Shown here one piece after another: positions 27,503-36,753 of a stretch of 64,000 nt of DNA. The notes under the pieces are model-generated. The model searched no databases and had not been told where the DNA came from. It was given only the letters and a program-made list of their open reading frames with translations. Every line of letters starts with the position of its first letter. Positions within the stretch are counted from its first letter, which is position 1. The position numbers and the translations under genes are program-made. This DNA is from an uncultured Candidatus Poseidoniales archaeon (lineage in GTDB: Archaea > Thermoplasmatota > Poseidoniia > Poseidoniales > Poseidoniaceae), in assembly GCA_963968885.1 (NCBI GenBank), contig CAXAGT010000001.1:5861-69860 (forward strand), in the 5' to 3' direction.

Positions 27503-28867
27503 ATGACGACGAGCCTCGTCACCCCTGGTGAAATTATTGGAAACGCTACTGAACTCACTTCTGGTTCAGGGACAACCGAACATAATGGCAAAATTATTTC
27601 CATATACACTGGAAATTTGAGCATTGAGTCAGGCGTCGCTACAGTCAGCCCCCAATCCGTTATTATCGCTCCGAGTGTAGGGGACTTGGTACTAGCAGAA
27701 GTAACCAAGGTGCAAGAGAAAAGTGCTGAAGTAAAAATCATTGAATTTTGTGATAAGAAAGGAGATATTGCAGCAGAGTTTCTTTTCGCCCAATTGAGGG
27801 TTACAGAAGTTGTAGATCGTTTCCTTCACAACTTAGGTGACGGCTTGAAACTAAGAGATATAGTAAGGGCTGAAATCAAAGAGATAGATCCTACTATCAG
27901 GATTTCATTGAGAGGCAAAGATGAGTGTGGCGTAATTAGCGCAGTTTGTTCTAATAGCGGGGAAAAATTAGTGATTGATGTTCAAGGAGATACTAACCTA
28001 GTTTGCAATACAAGCGGTAGTAGGTACTTTAGAGCAATCGCATCTGATTATGGAAATTTCGGCAATCATTTCGATGGAGACCTAAAGTCACTTACTCTTT
28101 CTGGAAAGAGATGGGACAGAGCAACGGAGGCAGAATTCGCGAAAGGTCCTGCTGCAAGAGCTGCTTATCCTATGGCTGATATTAGGAATGATGGTCGTGA
28201 GAGGAAAATGTTCCGATTTGAAGGTGAGTCTGGACAAGGTCAAAGAAGAAGAAATTCACATGCTCCAGGTTCGAAATTATTCATCGGTGGATTGTCGTAC
28301 GAAGTAGACACAGAGGAATTGAAAGGATTGATGACAAAGATGGGGTCCGTAGAGGACTGTGTAGTCGTTAATGATGAAAACGGTAAATCAAGAGGCTTTG
28401 GGTTTGTTACCTTTTCATCTAAAGAAGAGGCCCAAGCTGCTATCTCAAAGTATGATGGCTACAGGATAAAAGGTCGAAGGATTTCAGTAAAAGACGCTGA
28501 TAACAAGGGTGAAAAGAAGGAGAAGAAACCAGAGTTAAAGGGTCAAAAATTGTATGTTGGAAACCTCTCTTTCAAGTTATCATCGGATGACCTTATCAAG
28601 CATTTTTCAGAGATTTGTGGTGTTGAGGGGGGATTCATTGTTTCTGATCCAAGAGGGAAATCCAAAGGTTTCGGATTTATCTTTGTCAATCAATCAGAAG
28701 ATATCGATGACGTGATATCCAAAGCTAATGGTTCAGAATTAGGAGGAAGAAATCTCAAGGTAGCCAAAGCCACTGAGAATAAACCCAAGGGTAATCCAAA
28801 GAAGAGCCAACCCAAGAAAAGGCTCAGCAGAGAAGAGATGGCTAAGAAAGAAGAAGGCTACGAATGA
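27503..28867 (+). CDS. csl4: Exosome cap subunit Csl4 fused to two C-terminal RRM domains
   Basis: LVTPGEIIG...SGSGT N-domain, S1 domain (PSVGDLVLAEVT...DIVRAEI), and a Zn-ribbon remnant (GVISAVCSNSG...LVCNTSG...RAIASDYG). These are followed by RRM1 (LFIGGL / KSRGFGFVTF) and RRM2 (LYVGNL / KSKGFGFIFV). Confidence 0.88.
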   Translation: MTTSLVTPGEIIGNATELTSGSGTTEHNGKIISIYTGNLSIESGVATVSPQSVIIAPSVGDLVLAEVTKVQEKSAEVKIIEFCDKKGDIAAEFLFAQLRVTEVVDRFLHNLGDGLKLRDIVRAEIKEIDPTIRISLRGKDECGVISAVCSNSGEKLVIDVQGDTNLVCNTSGSRYFRAIASDYGNFGNHFDGDLKSLTLSGKRWDRATEAEFAKGPAARAAYPMADIRNDGRERKMFRFEGESGQGQRRRNSHAPGSKLFIGGLSYEVDTEELKGLMTKMGSVEDCVVVNDENGKSRGFGFVTFSSKEEAQAAISKYDGYRIKGRRISVKDADNKGEKKEKKPELKGQKLYVGNLSFKLSSDDLIKHFSEICGVEGGFIVSDPRGKSKGFGFIFVNQSEDIDDVISKANGSELGGRNLKVAKATENKPKGNPKKSQPKKRLSREEMAKKEEGYE

Positions 28868-30663
28868 AAACAGGTTCGAGGTGTTTCCCAGTGGTTGAGA
28901 AAACCGGACTAAAGTGGCTTGTTTTGGATGGCTATGAAGATGAGCCAGCAGCTTTTGGCGTGCCCCCATACATCGGTTTTCATGTTAGATATGTTTGTGG
29001 TGTATTTGAAAAATTGAAAATTGAATATGATTTCATTACAGTAGATGAATACCGAATGAAATTATTGTCTGGGGAAAGTGCTGGAGATTATCTAAGCGAA
29101 TATTCTGGTTTTGTCTGCATTGCCGGTGCTGTTGTTCCAGGAAAGTATCTCCGAGGGACGCCAATCTCTCTAAAGGAATTGCAAAATGTAGTGAAACATC
29201 TACCAAATCAAATCCCAACTCTACTTGGCGGTTGGGCGGTTAGGGCTTGGAGACAACAAGGATGGAATCCCCTAAGAAGAAACATGTTTATTGCTTTACA
29301 AGACACAGATGCATCTCTTTTTCACTATCTTCAGACCGATGAATGGAAACACAAACGAAGAACCAGTGAGCAATGGGATGAGCACGCTCTTCAGGGGGCA
29401 AAATCAAAAGCTGTGAAACAACATCCTGATTCATTAGCTTACAATCCAAATTCACCGCTTACATACGAAGTCGAGGTATACCAGGGCTGTGTTAGGTACA
29501 AGCAAGGCTGTAAATTTTGCATTGAACCAAAGAAAGGAGTGCCGATTTTCAGGTCCCCTGAAAAAATCATTCAGGAAGTACAATTGGCATTGGATTCTGG
29601 TGTTCAAAATGTACGGCTGGGAGGAATGACCGACACATATACTTACATGGCTGAAGGAGTAACTGAATTAGAATATCCTGTTCCTAACCCGGAACCTATC
29701 GCAAAATTGCTTTACGGATTAAGGGAAGATGATAGGCTGAAAATACTCCATACTGATAATGGAAATCCAAGCATAATCGCTGAGAACCTAGAGCCTAGTG
29801 AAGAAATAACTAGGACTCTAGTAGAAACACTATCTGATGGGGCTGTGCTCTCCTTTGGTTTAGAATCAGCAGATCCAGAAGTTCACAAGATGAATTGGCT
29901 AAATTGCTCATCAAGCCAACTAAAAACCGCCGTGAATTTAATCAACAAACATGGTAGAGAAAGAGGTGAAAGAGGGCTGCCAAAACTTTTGCCGGGTCTT
30001 AATTTCATAGCAGGTTTGAATGGAGAAACCCGCCAAACATACGACATGAATCTCAAGCTACTGAAGGAATTGCGGTCTAATGGTTCTTGGCTGAGGAGGA
30101 TTAATGTCAGACAGGTTGAAGGTGAAGGGTTTCAAGAAATTCCTGAAGATAAATTCAAGGATTTCAAAATTGCAGTCAGAGATGAGATTGATGCACCTTT
30201 GCTCGAGGAATTATTTCCCGTAGGTCAAATATTGCGAGATGTTCACTGGGAATCTCATGATAACAGGACTAGGCTTCCTTCTAATCTAGACCAATCACAC
30301 CAAGATGAAGCGATAAGAGGCAAGCCTGGAGTGACATTTGGTAGACAGATAGGTGCATACCCAATACTAATTGGAGCCAACTACAAGATTCCTTTGGAGA
30401 CACGCAGTGATGTATTGGTTACTTCTCACGGAAAAAGGTCGATAACTGCTATCGAAATAGGGATGTCTTTGGATGAAGCATCACAATCCCAATTGTCTTC
30501 TTTACCAGGCATAGGGGATAAAACAGCATGGAACTTAATCTCGAAGAGAGCAAAAGCCAAGAGAAAAAATCCTAATCTAAAGGCATTTGAATCTGTATCA
30601 GAGGCATTTGAATCAATCAATGCACAAACTCCAGAATTAGCTCAACTAGTCTTTATTCCTTGA
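28864..30663 (+). CDS. Radical SAM protein with C-terminal helix-hairpin-helix (COG1031-like)
   Basis: LDGYEDEPAAFGVPPY, GCVRYKQGCKFCIEP, SFGLESAD, RRINVRQV, TFGRQIGAYP, HhH LPGIG. ATGA overlap with csl4. Confidence 0.88.
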   Translation: MKTGSRCFPVVEKTGLKWLVLDGYEDEPAAFGVPPYIGFHVRYVCGVFEKLKIEYDFITVDEYRMKLLSGESAGDYLSEYSGFVCIAGAVVPGKYLRGTPISLKELQNVVKHLPNQIPTLLGGWAVRAWRQQGWNPLRRNMFIALQDTDASLFHYLQTDEWKHKRRTSEQWDEHALQGAKSKAVKQHPDSLAYNPNSPLTYEVEVYQGCVRYKQGCKFCIEPKKGVPIFRSPEKIIQEVQLALDSGVQNVRLGGMTDTYTYMAEGVTELEYPVPNPEPIAKLLYGLREDDRLKILHTDNGNPSIIAENLEPSEEITRTLVETLSDGAVLSFGLESADPEVHKMNWLNCSSSQLKTAVNLINKHGRERGERGLPKLLPGLNFIAGLNGETRQTYDMNLKLLKELRSNGSWLRRINVRQVEGEGFQEIPEDKFKDFKIAVRDEIDAPLLEELFPVGQILRDVHWESHDNRTRLPSNLDQSHQDEAIRGKPGVTFGRQIGAYPILIGANYKIPLETRSDVLVTSHGKRSITAIEIGMSLDEASQSQLSSLPGIGDKTAWNLISKRAKAKRKNPNLKAFESVSEAFESINAQTPELAQLVFIP

Positions 30664-32922
30664 TTAATCTAGGGAAATCCCGCCTCTGGTTTTTATTGCA
30701 ATTCCTTTGGTGAAACTTGAGAGATCTTCAGGTGTTGATTTTGAAATACCATATCCCAAAAGATCTCCTTTTGAATTTACGATTAAAGCAGGCTGGTCTA
30801 TTGTTAACCATGGGTCGCATGCTTTGACAAATCCATGGAATACGTTACGTCCTTTTCTTACAAATGGTTCAGCATCATCATCAACCACAACAACTGGCAA
30901 TCCTCCCCCAGAATTGTTCCAAGGCATGTGGGGCTTGAAGCCCTCTGGTAGAGGCTTTTTTCTTGTAATGTAGATTTTCTTTGCTCCTGCTGAGGTCAGA
31001 GATAATCCTCCATCATTTAGCCTTGGGCTTGCTATGTGTTCGCCATTTTTATCAATGATATTCTTTATTCTACCAGTGCTAGACATAATGTAAGTGCATC
31101 CTTTTGATAGATGCTTTGCGTCAGTAATTGACATGTTGAAGTGTACTGCTAATTTATCTCTAACTTGATTTTCCTTTAGAGAAGTCTTTGCTTCTGTTTT
31201 TTGTTCATCGCTCATTAATTCTAAGAACTTAGATTTAGCGTCTAATACTTCATTTTCGACAAGGACTTTATTGCAACGTGAAAGCAGGTCTTTCGGACCG
31301 ATGTCGAGTTTGATTATCCTTGCATCATGTATCCCAAGTCTTTCTAATTCTCTACGAGCCCAAGACAAATCTAGTTTCCTTTCCCAAATCCAATCGGGTC
31401 CTTCAACATGGGCAAATGGATTATTGTCCTCTAGTGAATAAGGAATTAGACCAATTGGAGTTTGAATAAATACCTGCAAATCTGGTGTGAAAGTTGTCAG
31501 TCTCATCATAAGGTCAAGGGTGAAATCTCTCCATGGCCCCTGTCTACCATAAAGAACCAGTGCAATATTTTTCTTACTAGTAATACCTATTTGGGAATAT
31601 CTTGTATGCAGTAATCTTCTTGCTTGTACCACATAAGGTCTTGAGAAAGTGTCTTCTTCTGCCCAGTGTATCCCACCTGTCCTGAATTGTGATTGTCCTG
31701 AAACAATCCAGTCCCATGCTGGTTCCCAGGAGCCCTGGGGAGAACCAGTTTCCTTGGCAGCATCTCTATCTGTAATCTTCATGTCTTGATGAATTTCTAA
31801 TTCAAACCTCGGCATATGTGGATTTGTTGTCAACCACAAGAAAGCTTCCCTTAGTGCAGGATGTTGATGACTTCTTCTTTCAGCAAGCCTCCAAATTGTA
31901 CCGTCTCTAACTGCCTGCTTACATCTACTTATTTCTTGAAGAGTGATTTCTAAATTATATCTTGCAAGCAATTTCGTGCGTTCATCAGGATCCAATTTTC
32001 TTACTTCAGAGGGTGATATATGTGATATAGCCGGCATAATTACAGGCCAGTGCTCTAATTTCTCTAATTTTTCAGTTCCCCATGGACAAAGGATTCTCCC
32101 GTCTCTTGCAAATAAGGCATAAGCAGCTGAGTCGAACAAATCCGCACCGAGTGCGACTAGCATAGGAAATAGCATTGGATGCCCACAACCAAACATATGC
32201 CTTGGTTTCGAAGAGGGTAAATGGGGGATTGAAGAAAGCATTATTTTTACCAAATCTTTGTACATGTGGCGTTCCATGATAGGCACGATTCCTCCTATCG
32301 GATGCACAGCGAAATCATAATTTCCCATTCCGATTGCAGATTTTTCTCTTAGATCTTTGAAAGTACCTCCCTGTATGGGTCCATTTAGCATAGTTTGTTC
32401 AGCACTAGTGATGCTTACTTCGGCTCTTGCAATAGTTTCAATGACAGCCTGTTCAACCTCTTGCTTTGTCATATCTGGTCTTGTGAATACATCTAGCATA
32501 GTAGCGATATCCACGCCAATATCTTTCTGGAATTTCACAATCTCTTCGACACCAACCTCGACGTCCCCGTAGACGTAGGATTGGAACGTACCTGAATCAG
32601 TCATGATTACACCTGGGAAGTCGATTAAATCATGAACTCCAGATTTCATTGCTTTTTCTCTGAGATTATCATGCTTCCAAATAATGTAAGAATTTGTGAT
32701 TAATGCGCCAATTCCATATCTATCCCACATTTCCCTTGGTTCAATAGTTCTGATATTTGGATTTATCACTGGCAATAAAGCGGGAGTCTCTAAAATTCCG
32801 TGTATTGTATGCAACTTTCCAATTCTTGCTCTCCCGTCTTGAGAGATAATTTCGAATTTACCTTTGTCGGCATCTCTACATGGGTCAGGGTCTTGCCTGC
32901 GGCCATCAGTCCAAGTAGACAT
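30664..32922 (-). CDS. tgtA: Archaeosine tRNA-guanine transglycosylase with C-terminal PUA domain
   Basis: ARIGKL...ETPALLPVINP, MTDSGTFQ, PIQGG, PIGGIVP, HMFGCGHP, GADLFDSAAY, PUA VDDDAEPFVRKGRNVF. Start taken at ATG 32922. Confidence 0.93.
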   Translation of the reverse strand: MSTWTDGRRQDPDPCRDADKGKFEIISQDGRARIGKLHTIHGILETPALLPVINPNIRTIEPREMWDRYGIGALITNSYIIWKHDNLREKAMKSGVHDLIDFPGVIMTDSGTFQSYVYGDVEVGVEEIVKFQKDIGVDIATMLDVFTRPDMTKQEVEQAVIETIARAEVSITSAEQTMLNGPIQGGTFKDLREKSAIGMGNYDFAVHPIGGIVPIMERHMYKDLVKIMLSSIPHLPSSKPRHMFGCGHPMLFPMLVALGADLFDSAAYALFARDGRILCPWGTEKLEKLEHWPVIMPAISHISPSEVRKLDPDERTKLLARYNLEITLQEISRCKQAVRDGTIWRLAERRSHQHPALREAFLWLTTNPHMPRFELEIHQDMKITDRDAAKETGSPQGSWEPAWDWIVSGQSQFRTGGIHWAEEDTFSRPYVVQARRLLHTRYSQIGITSKKNIALVLYGRQGPWRDFTLDLMMRLTTFTPDLQVFIQTPIGLIPYSLEDNNPFAHVEGPDWIWERKLDLSWARRELERLGIHDARIIKLDIGPKDLLSRCNKVLVENEVLDAKSKFLELMSDEQKTEAKTSLKENQVRDKLAVHFNMSITDAKHLSKGCTYIMSSTGRIKNIIDKNGEHIASPRLNDGGLSLTSAGAKKIYITRKKPLPEGFKPHMPWNNSGGGLPVVVVDDDAEPFVRKGRNVFHGFVKACDPWLTIDQPALIVNSKGDLLGYGISKSTPEDLSSFTKGIAIKTRGGISLD

Positions 32923-32965
32923 TGAACGAGGCTGACAGGCTTTGCGTTTGAACCCAACGGCAATA

Positions 32966-33415
32966 TCAGACAAATTCGACATTTCCATGTGCTAAAATAA
33001 ATTCCCTTCCTAGTTCATCAAATGTGTCGAGTAAATTAGAATCAAATCTGACTCTCCACACTTCAGGGTCATTCTCTAAATCATTCTTTATCCCATCAAG
33101 CGTCCCTGGTGCTGCACCACAGGAAAGACAGGCTCCGGTAAGATCAAGAACAAAATCTATGCCTTTGTCGTTCTTCAAAGCGGCTATGCATTCAATTCCC
33201 CCTCCATGACCTGAAAGAGCTGCCCTTACCTCTCCAAGCCTTGTTAGTAGTCCAGGAACTATGTAATCAGTTCCAATTAAATCTGACAGTAGAGAATTCT
33301 TGAGCCTCAATTCCTCTTCAGGGTCTTGAATACTCTCTTCAATTCTTTTTTCTGCTTCTTGGCGCAATGAGTCTTTTGCCTGTTGGGCATACATGTCAAT
33401 CAAATCATCGTCCAT
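32966..33415 (-). CDS. NifU/NfuA C-terminal-like Fe-S carrier protein
   Basis: VRAALSGHGGGIE...LTGACLSCG...TLDGIK. Divergent from the suf operon. Confidence 0.85.
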   Translation of the reverse strand: MDDDLIDMYAQQAKDSLRQEAEKRIEESIQDPEEELRLKNSLLSDLIGTDYIVPGLLTRLGEVRAALSGHGGGIECIAALKNDKGIDFVLDLTGACLSCGAAPGTLDGIKNDLENDPEVWRVRFDSNLLDTFDELGREFILAHGNVEFV

Positions 33416-33532
33416 AACGCGCTGACGACATGGTCCTATTTTGGTTAAACGATTTTAATTTCAACTAGTCAGTACATTATTCCTAACCAGCCATTCATAA
33501 GGGTGGAACTGAACGGCTAATCGGGGAGGAGT

Positions 33533-34270
33533 ATGTCGGAGTTAGTCCTAGATGTGAAAAACTTGCATGTGAGCATAGAAGGCTCACCAATTCTCAAAGG
33601 GTTAGACCTTCAAATCAAGGAAGGTGAGGTCCACGCTATCATGGGAAGAAATGGTGCAGGGAAATCAACATTAGCCAGCGTAGTTATGGGGCATCCTGCA
33701 TACGAAATTACTGATGGTGAAATTCACTACAAAGGTAAGGATATCAACGAAATGGATGTTTTCGAAAGAGCAAGAGCTGGTATGTTCTTGTCATTCCAAT
33801 ATCCAGCAGCCATTCCAGGTGTAAAGGTTGGAACTTTTCTCAAAAAGTCAACAGAAGCGGTTCAAGGCGAACAATTTAATGCCAGAGAATTTCGTTCAGA
33901 TATGAAAGATAATATGTCATCACTAGACATTGATAGGTCATACTTGAACAGGTATGTCAACGATGGTTTCAGTGGTGGAGAAAAGAAAAGATTAGAGATC
34001 CTCCAAATGATGATGTTAAAACCCAAGATGGCAATACTCGATGAAACAGACTCAGGACTAGATATAGACGCTATGAAGATTGTATCAGCCGGAGTTAACT
34101 CCGTTATCGATGGAAGCGGAGTTCTAGTAATCACGCATTACCAGAGGCTACTAGACTACATCAAGCCAGATTATGTTCACGTCATGATAGACGGTAGAAT
34201 TGTTAAGAGCGGTGGTCCTGAACTTGCCTTAAAGCTTGAAGAAAAGGGCTACGATTGGTTAGACAACTGA
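33533..34270 (+). CDS. sufC: Fe-S assembly ATPase SufC
   Basis: GRNGAGKST, FLSFQYP, NDGFSGGEKKRLEI, LDETDSGLD, ITHYQRLL. Confidence 0.97.
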   Translation: MSELVLDVKNLHVSIEGSPILKGLDLQIKEGEVHAIMGRNGAGKSTLASVVMGHPAYEITDGEIHYKGKDINEMDVFERARAGMFLSFQYPAAIPGVKVGTFLKKSTEAVQGEQFNAREFRSDMKDNMSSLDIDRSYLNRYVNDGFSGGEKKRLEILQMMMLKPKMAILDETDSGLDIDAMKIVSAGVNSVIDGSGVLVITHYQRLLDYIKPDYVHVMIDGRIVKSGGPELALKLEEKGYDWLDN

Positions 34271-34279
34271 GGTGTTAAA

Positions 34280-35686
34280 TTGAGTGATGAAGCAAGAGAA
34301 GCGGTAGGAGATTACCAATTTGGTTTCCACGATCCCGAGCACTCGACCATTAGGTTTGACAAAGGGCTCAATGAACAAGTTGTAAGAGACATTTCTGAGC
34401 TAAAGAACGAGCCTGAGTGGATGACTGAAATAAGGGTCAAAGCATTTCATCATTTCATGAAAGTAGAAATGCCAAAGTGGGGTAATACAGAATTACTTGA
34501 ATCAATAAATTTTGATAATGTTACATATTTTTTGAGGTCGAGTGATAAGACTGAAAAATCATGGGATGACGTTCCAGAGGATATCAAAAACACGTTCAAT
34601 AGGCTCGGAATACCAGAGGCAGAACAAAAGTGGCTTGGTGGCGTCACCGCTCAATACGAATCTGAAGCTGTATATCACTCGATTAGAGAGGATCTAGAAG
34701 AGCAAGGAGTCGTGTTTTTGGACATGGATTCTGGACTGAAACAATATCCTGAAATTGTAAAGGAATACTTCAACTCTGTTGTCCCTTACACTGATAACAA
34801 GTTCTCTGCTCTAAACACTGCCGTTTGGTCTGGAGGTTCATTCATCTACGTTCCAAGTGGCGTGAATGTGGAAATGCCTGTGCAATCTTACTTCAGAATA
34901 AACTCGAAGAATATGGGGCAATTTGAAAGAACCCTAATCATTGTTGATGAAGGATCATCACTACATTATGTAGAAGGTTGTACCGCTCCAACCTACTCCA
35001 CTGATTCTCTGCACGCTGCTGTTGTAGAACTTGTAGCCCTAAAAGGTGCTAAAATAAGATATTCTACAATTCAAAATTGGTCGGCAAATGTGTACAATTT
35101 AGTAACCAAGAGAGCCGTTGCACACGAAGATGCAACTGTCGAATGGGTTGATGGAAACATCGGCTCCAAGTTGACGATGAAGTATCCTGCAGTCATCTTG
35201 AAAGGAGAACGCGCTCATGCAGAAGTAATTTCAGTAGCATATGCTGGTAAAGGTCAACATCAAGATGCTGGTTCAAAAGTTCATCATTTGGCAAGTCACA
35301 CCACCTCAAATATTCTTTCAAAATCAATTTCAAAAGATGGCGGAAGGTCAACCTACCGGGGGATGTTACAAGTTCTTCCAAAGGCAAAAGGCTGCAAATC
35401 AAAAGTTGTTTGTGACGCATTGATGCTCGACGAGTCAAGCCAATCTGATACCTACCCCACAATGGAGGTAGGAAATTCCTCTGCAGATTTAGAACACGAA
35501 GCGAGTGTATCCAAGGTGAGTGATTCACAATTATTCTACCTGATGAGTAGAGGACTTAACGAAGAACAAGCTATGGGCTTAATCGTTAACGGATTTTTTG
35601 AACCTTTCACAAGGGAGTTGCCAATGGAATATGCATCTGAATTGAACAAATTGCTCAATATCGAGATGGAGGGTTCCATTGGATGA
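34280..35686 (+). CDS. sufB: Fe-S assembly scaffold SufB
   Basis: [51 protein letters not shown]. Confidence 0.97.
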   Translation: MSDEAREAVGDYQFGFHDPEHSTIRFDKGLNEQVVRDISELKNEPEWMTEIRVKAFHHFMKVEMPKWGNTELLESINFDNVTYFLRSSDKTEKSWDDVPEDIKNTFNRLGIPEAEQKWLGGVTAQYESEAVYHSIREDLEEQGVVFLDMDSGLKQYPEIVKEYFNSVVPYTDNKFSALNTAVWSGGSFIYVPSGVNVEMPVQSYFRINSKNMGQFERTLIIVDEGSSLHYVEGCTAPTYSTDSLHAAVVELVALKGAKIRYSTIQNWSANVYNLVTKRAVAHEDATVEWVDGNIGSKLTMKYPAVILKGERAHAEVISVAYAGKGQHQDAGSKVHHLASHTTSNILSKSISKDGGRSTYRGMLQVLPKAKGCKSKVVCDALMLDESSQSDTYPTMEVGNSSADLEHEASVSKVSDSQLFYLMSRGLNEEQAMGLIVNGFFEPFTRELPMEYASELNKLLNIEMEGSIG

Positions 35687-36744
35687 TGTATCAAAAAATG
35701 CAAAATCCACCACGATACAACCATCTCTGGAAGTACACTCCGTGGAGAGAGGTATCTCCAAACAAGTTATCGGATAATCCTAAATTTGAGGAGCCCCGAT
35801 TGGTGTATCTTAATTCCGAAAGCGAGCAATCTATGGGTTTCTCGATAAAATCACAGCAGTCTGAAACACTGCCAAGCGAAGATATCGCACGTGTTTGTTT
35901 GTCACAAGAAGCACACAACACAAATGTCATTGAATTGAACGGATGCGATGAAATAATTAATTTGAGAATCGATGCAAATTCGGAATTTTCGATAATCAGG
36001 ATTCACTTCGATGTAAAGAAGTCATCAAAGGTTTGCATAGAGGTAGTTGGTTCGGCTTCCTGGTTTGGCCTTTTGATTACAGGTAATATAAATCCAAATT
36101 GTCATCTTGATTTTGGCTACTCTGAAAAGCTCCCCGAAGCCTCAAGGGTGGTAAGGTGTGAGGATTGGAGATTAAACAGAAGTTCAGTTTTCAATATGGC
36201 AGGATTGTCAACCCAGTCATTCAGACGTAAATCCGACCTAAGGATTTCATTAGAAGAGAGCTCCTCTGAGTTCTATGGTAGTTTGGCAGTACATGGTCTT
36301 GGAAGTAAAAAGGACGATACGCATGTAGAGATAGATCACCAAGTTGGTAACACATTCTCAGATTTGAATATCAAAACAGCATGTGATGAAAGCAGCAGAA
36401 GCATCTCCACTGGAAGGCTCTACATTAGAGAGGGAGCAGATGGAGTTGATTCAGGGCAGGTTTTCCGAAATTTATTACTCAGCCAAAAAGCAAGAGCAGA
36501 TTCAATCCCAGAGTTAGAGGTTTATGCAGATGATGTACAAGCACGTCACGGTGCAGCAAGTGCTCCTGTCGACGAAGAATTGGTCTATTACCTAATGAGC
36601 AGGGGATTGGACAGAGAAAACGCAATTTCAACGCTTGTAGAAGGCTTCCTTGCAGATGCTTATAGCAACTTGAAAAGTGAGAAACTTAGAGAGGAGATGC
36701 GAACTAGGCTTAGGATTCATCTTGATTGCCTTTCAAATCACTGA
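35683..36744 (+). CDS. sufD: Fe-S assembly protein SufD
   Basis: [38 protein letters not shown]. Confidence 0.92.
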   Translation: MMYQKMQNPPRYNHLWKYTPWREVSPNKLSDNPKFEEPRLVYLNSESEQSMGFSIKSQQSETLPSEDIARVCLSQEAHNTNVIELNGCDEIINLRIDANSEFSIIRIHFDVKKSSKVCIEVVGSASWFGLLITGNINPNCHLDFGYSEKLPEASRVVRCEDWRLNRSSVFNMAGLSTQSFRRKSDLRISLEESSSEFYGSLAVHGLGSKKDDTHVEIDHQVGNTFSDLNIKTACDESSRSISTGRLYIREGADGVDSGQVFRNLLLSQKARADSIPELEVYADDVQARHGAASAPVDEELVYYLMSRGLDRENAISTLVEGFLADAYSNLKSEKLREEMRTRLRIHLDCLSNH

Positions 36745-36753
36745 GGTGTTAAT

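Noticed and set aside
27400..27510. METTL5-like TGA is immediately followed in frame by the csl4 ORF (TGA-TTG), suggesting readthrough or selenocysteine
   Set aside because: The METTL5 domain is complete at the stop and Csl4 homology begins at ATG 27503. The intervening 26 codons look like spacer. In-frame adjacency is expected by chance and is exaggerated by the caller choosing the first TTG.
28864..32922. Radical SAM next to tgtA as the archaeosine lyase RaSEA
   Set aside because: Its size and motifs (DGYEDEPA, C-terminal HhH) fit the COG1031-like family, not RaSEA, and the genes are convergent rather than co-transcribed.
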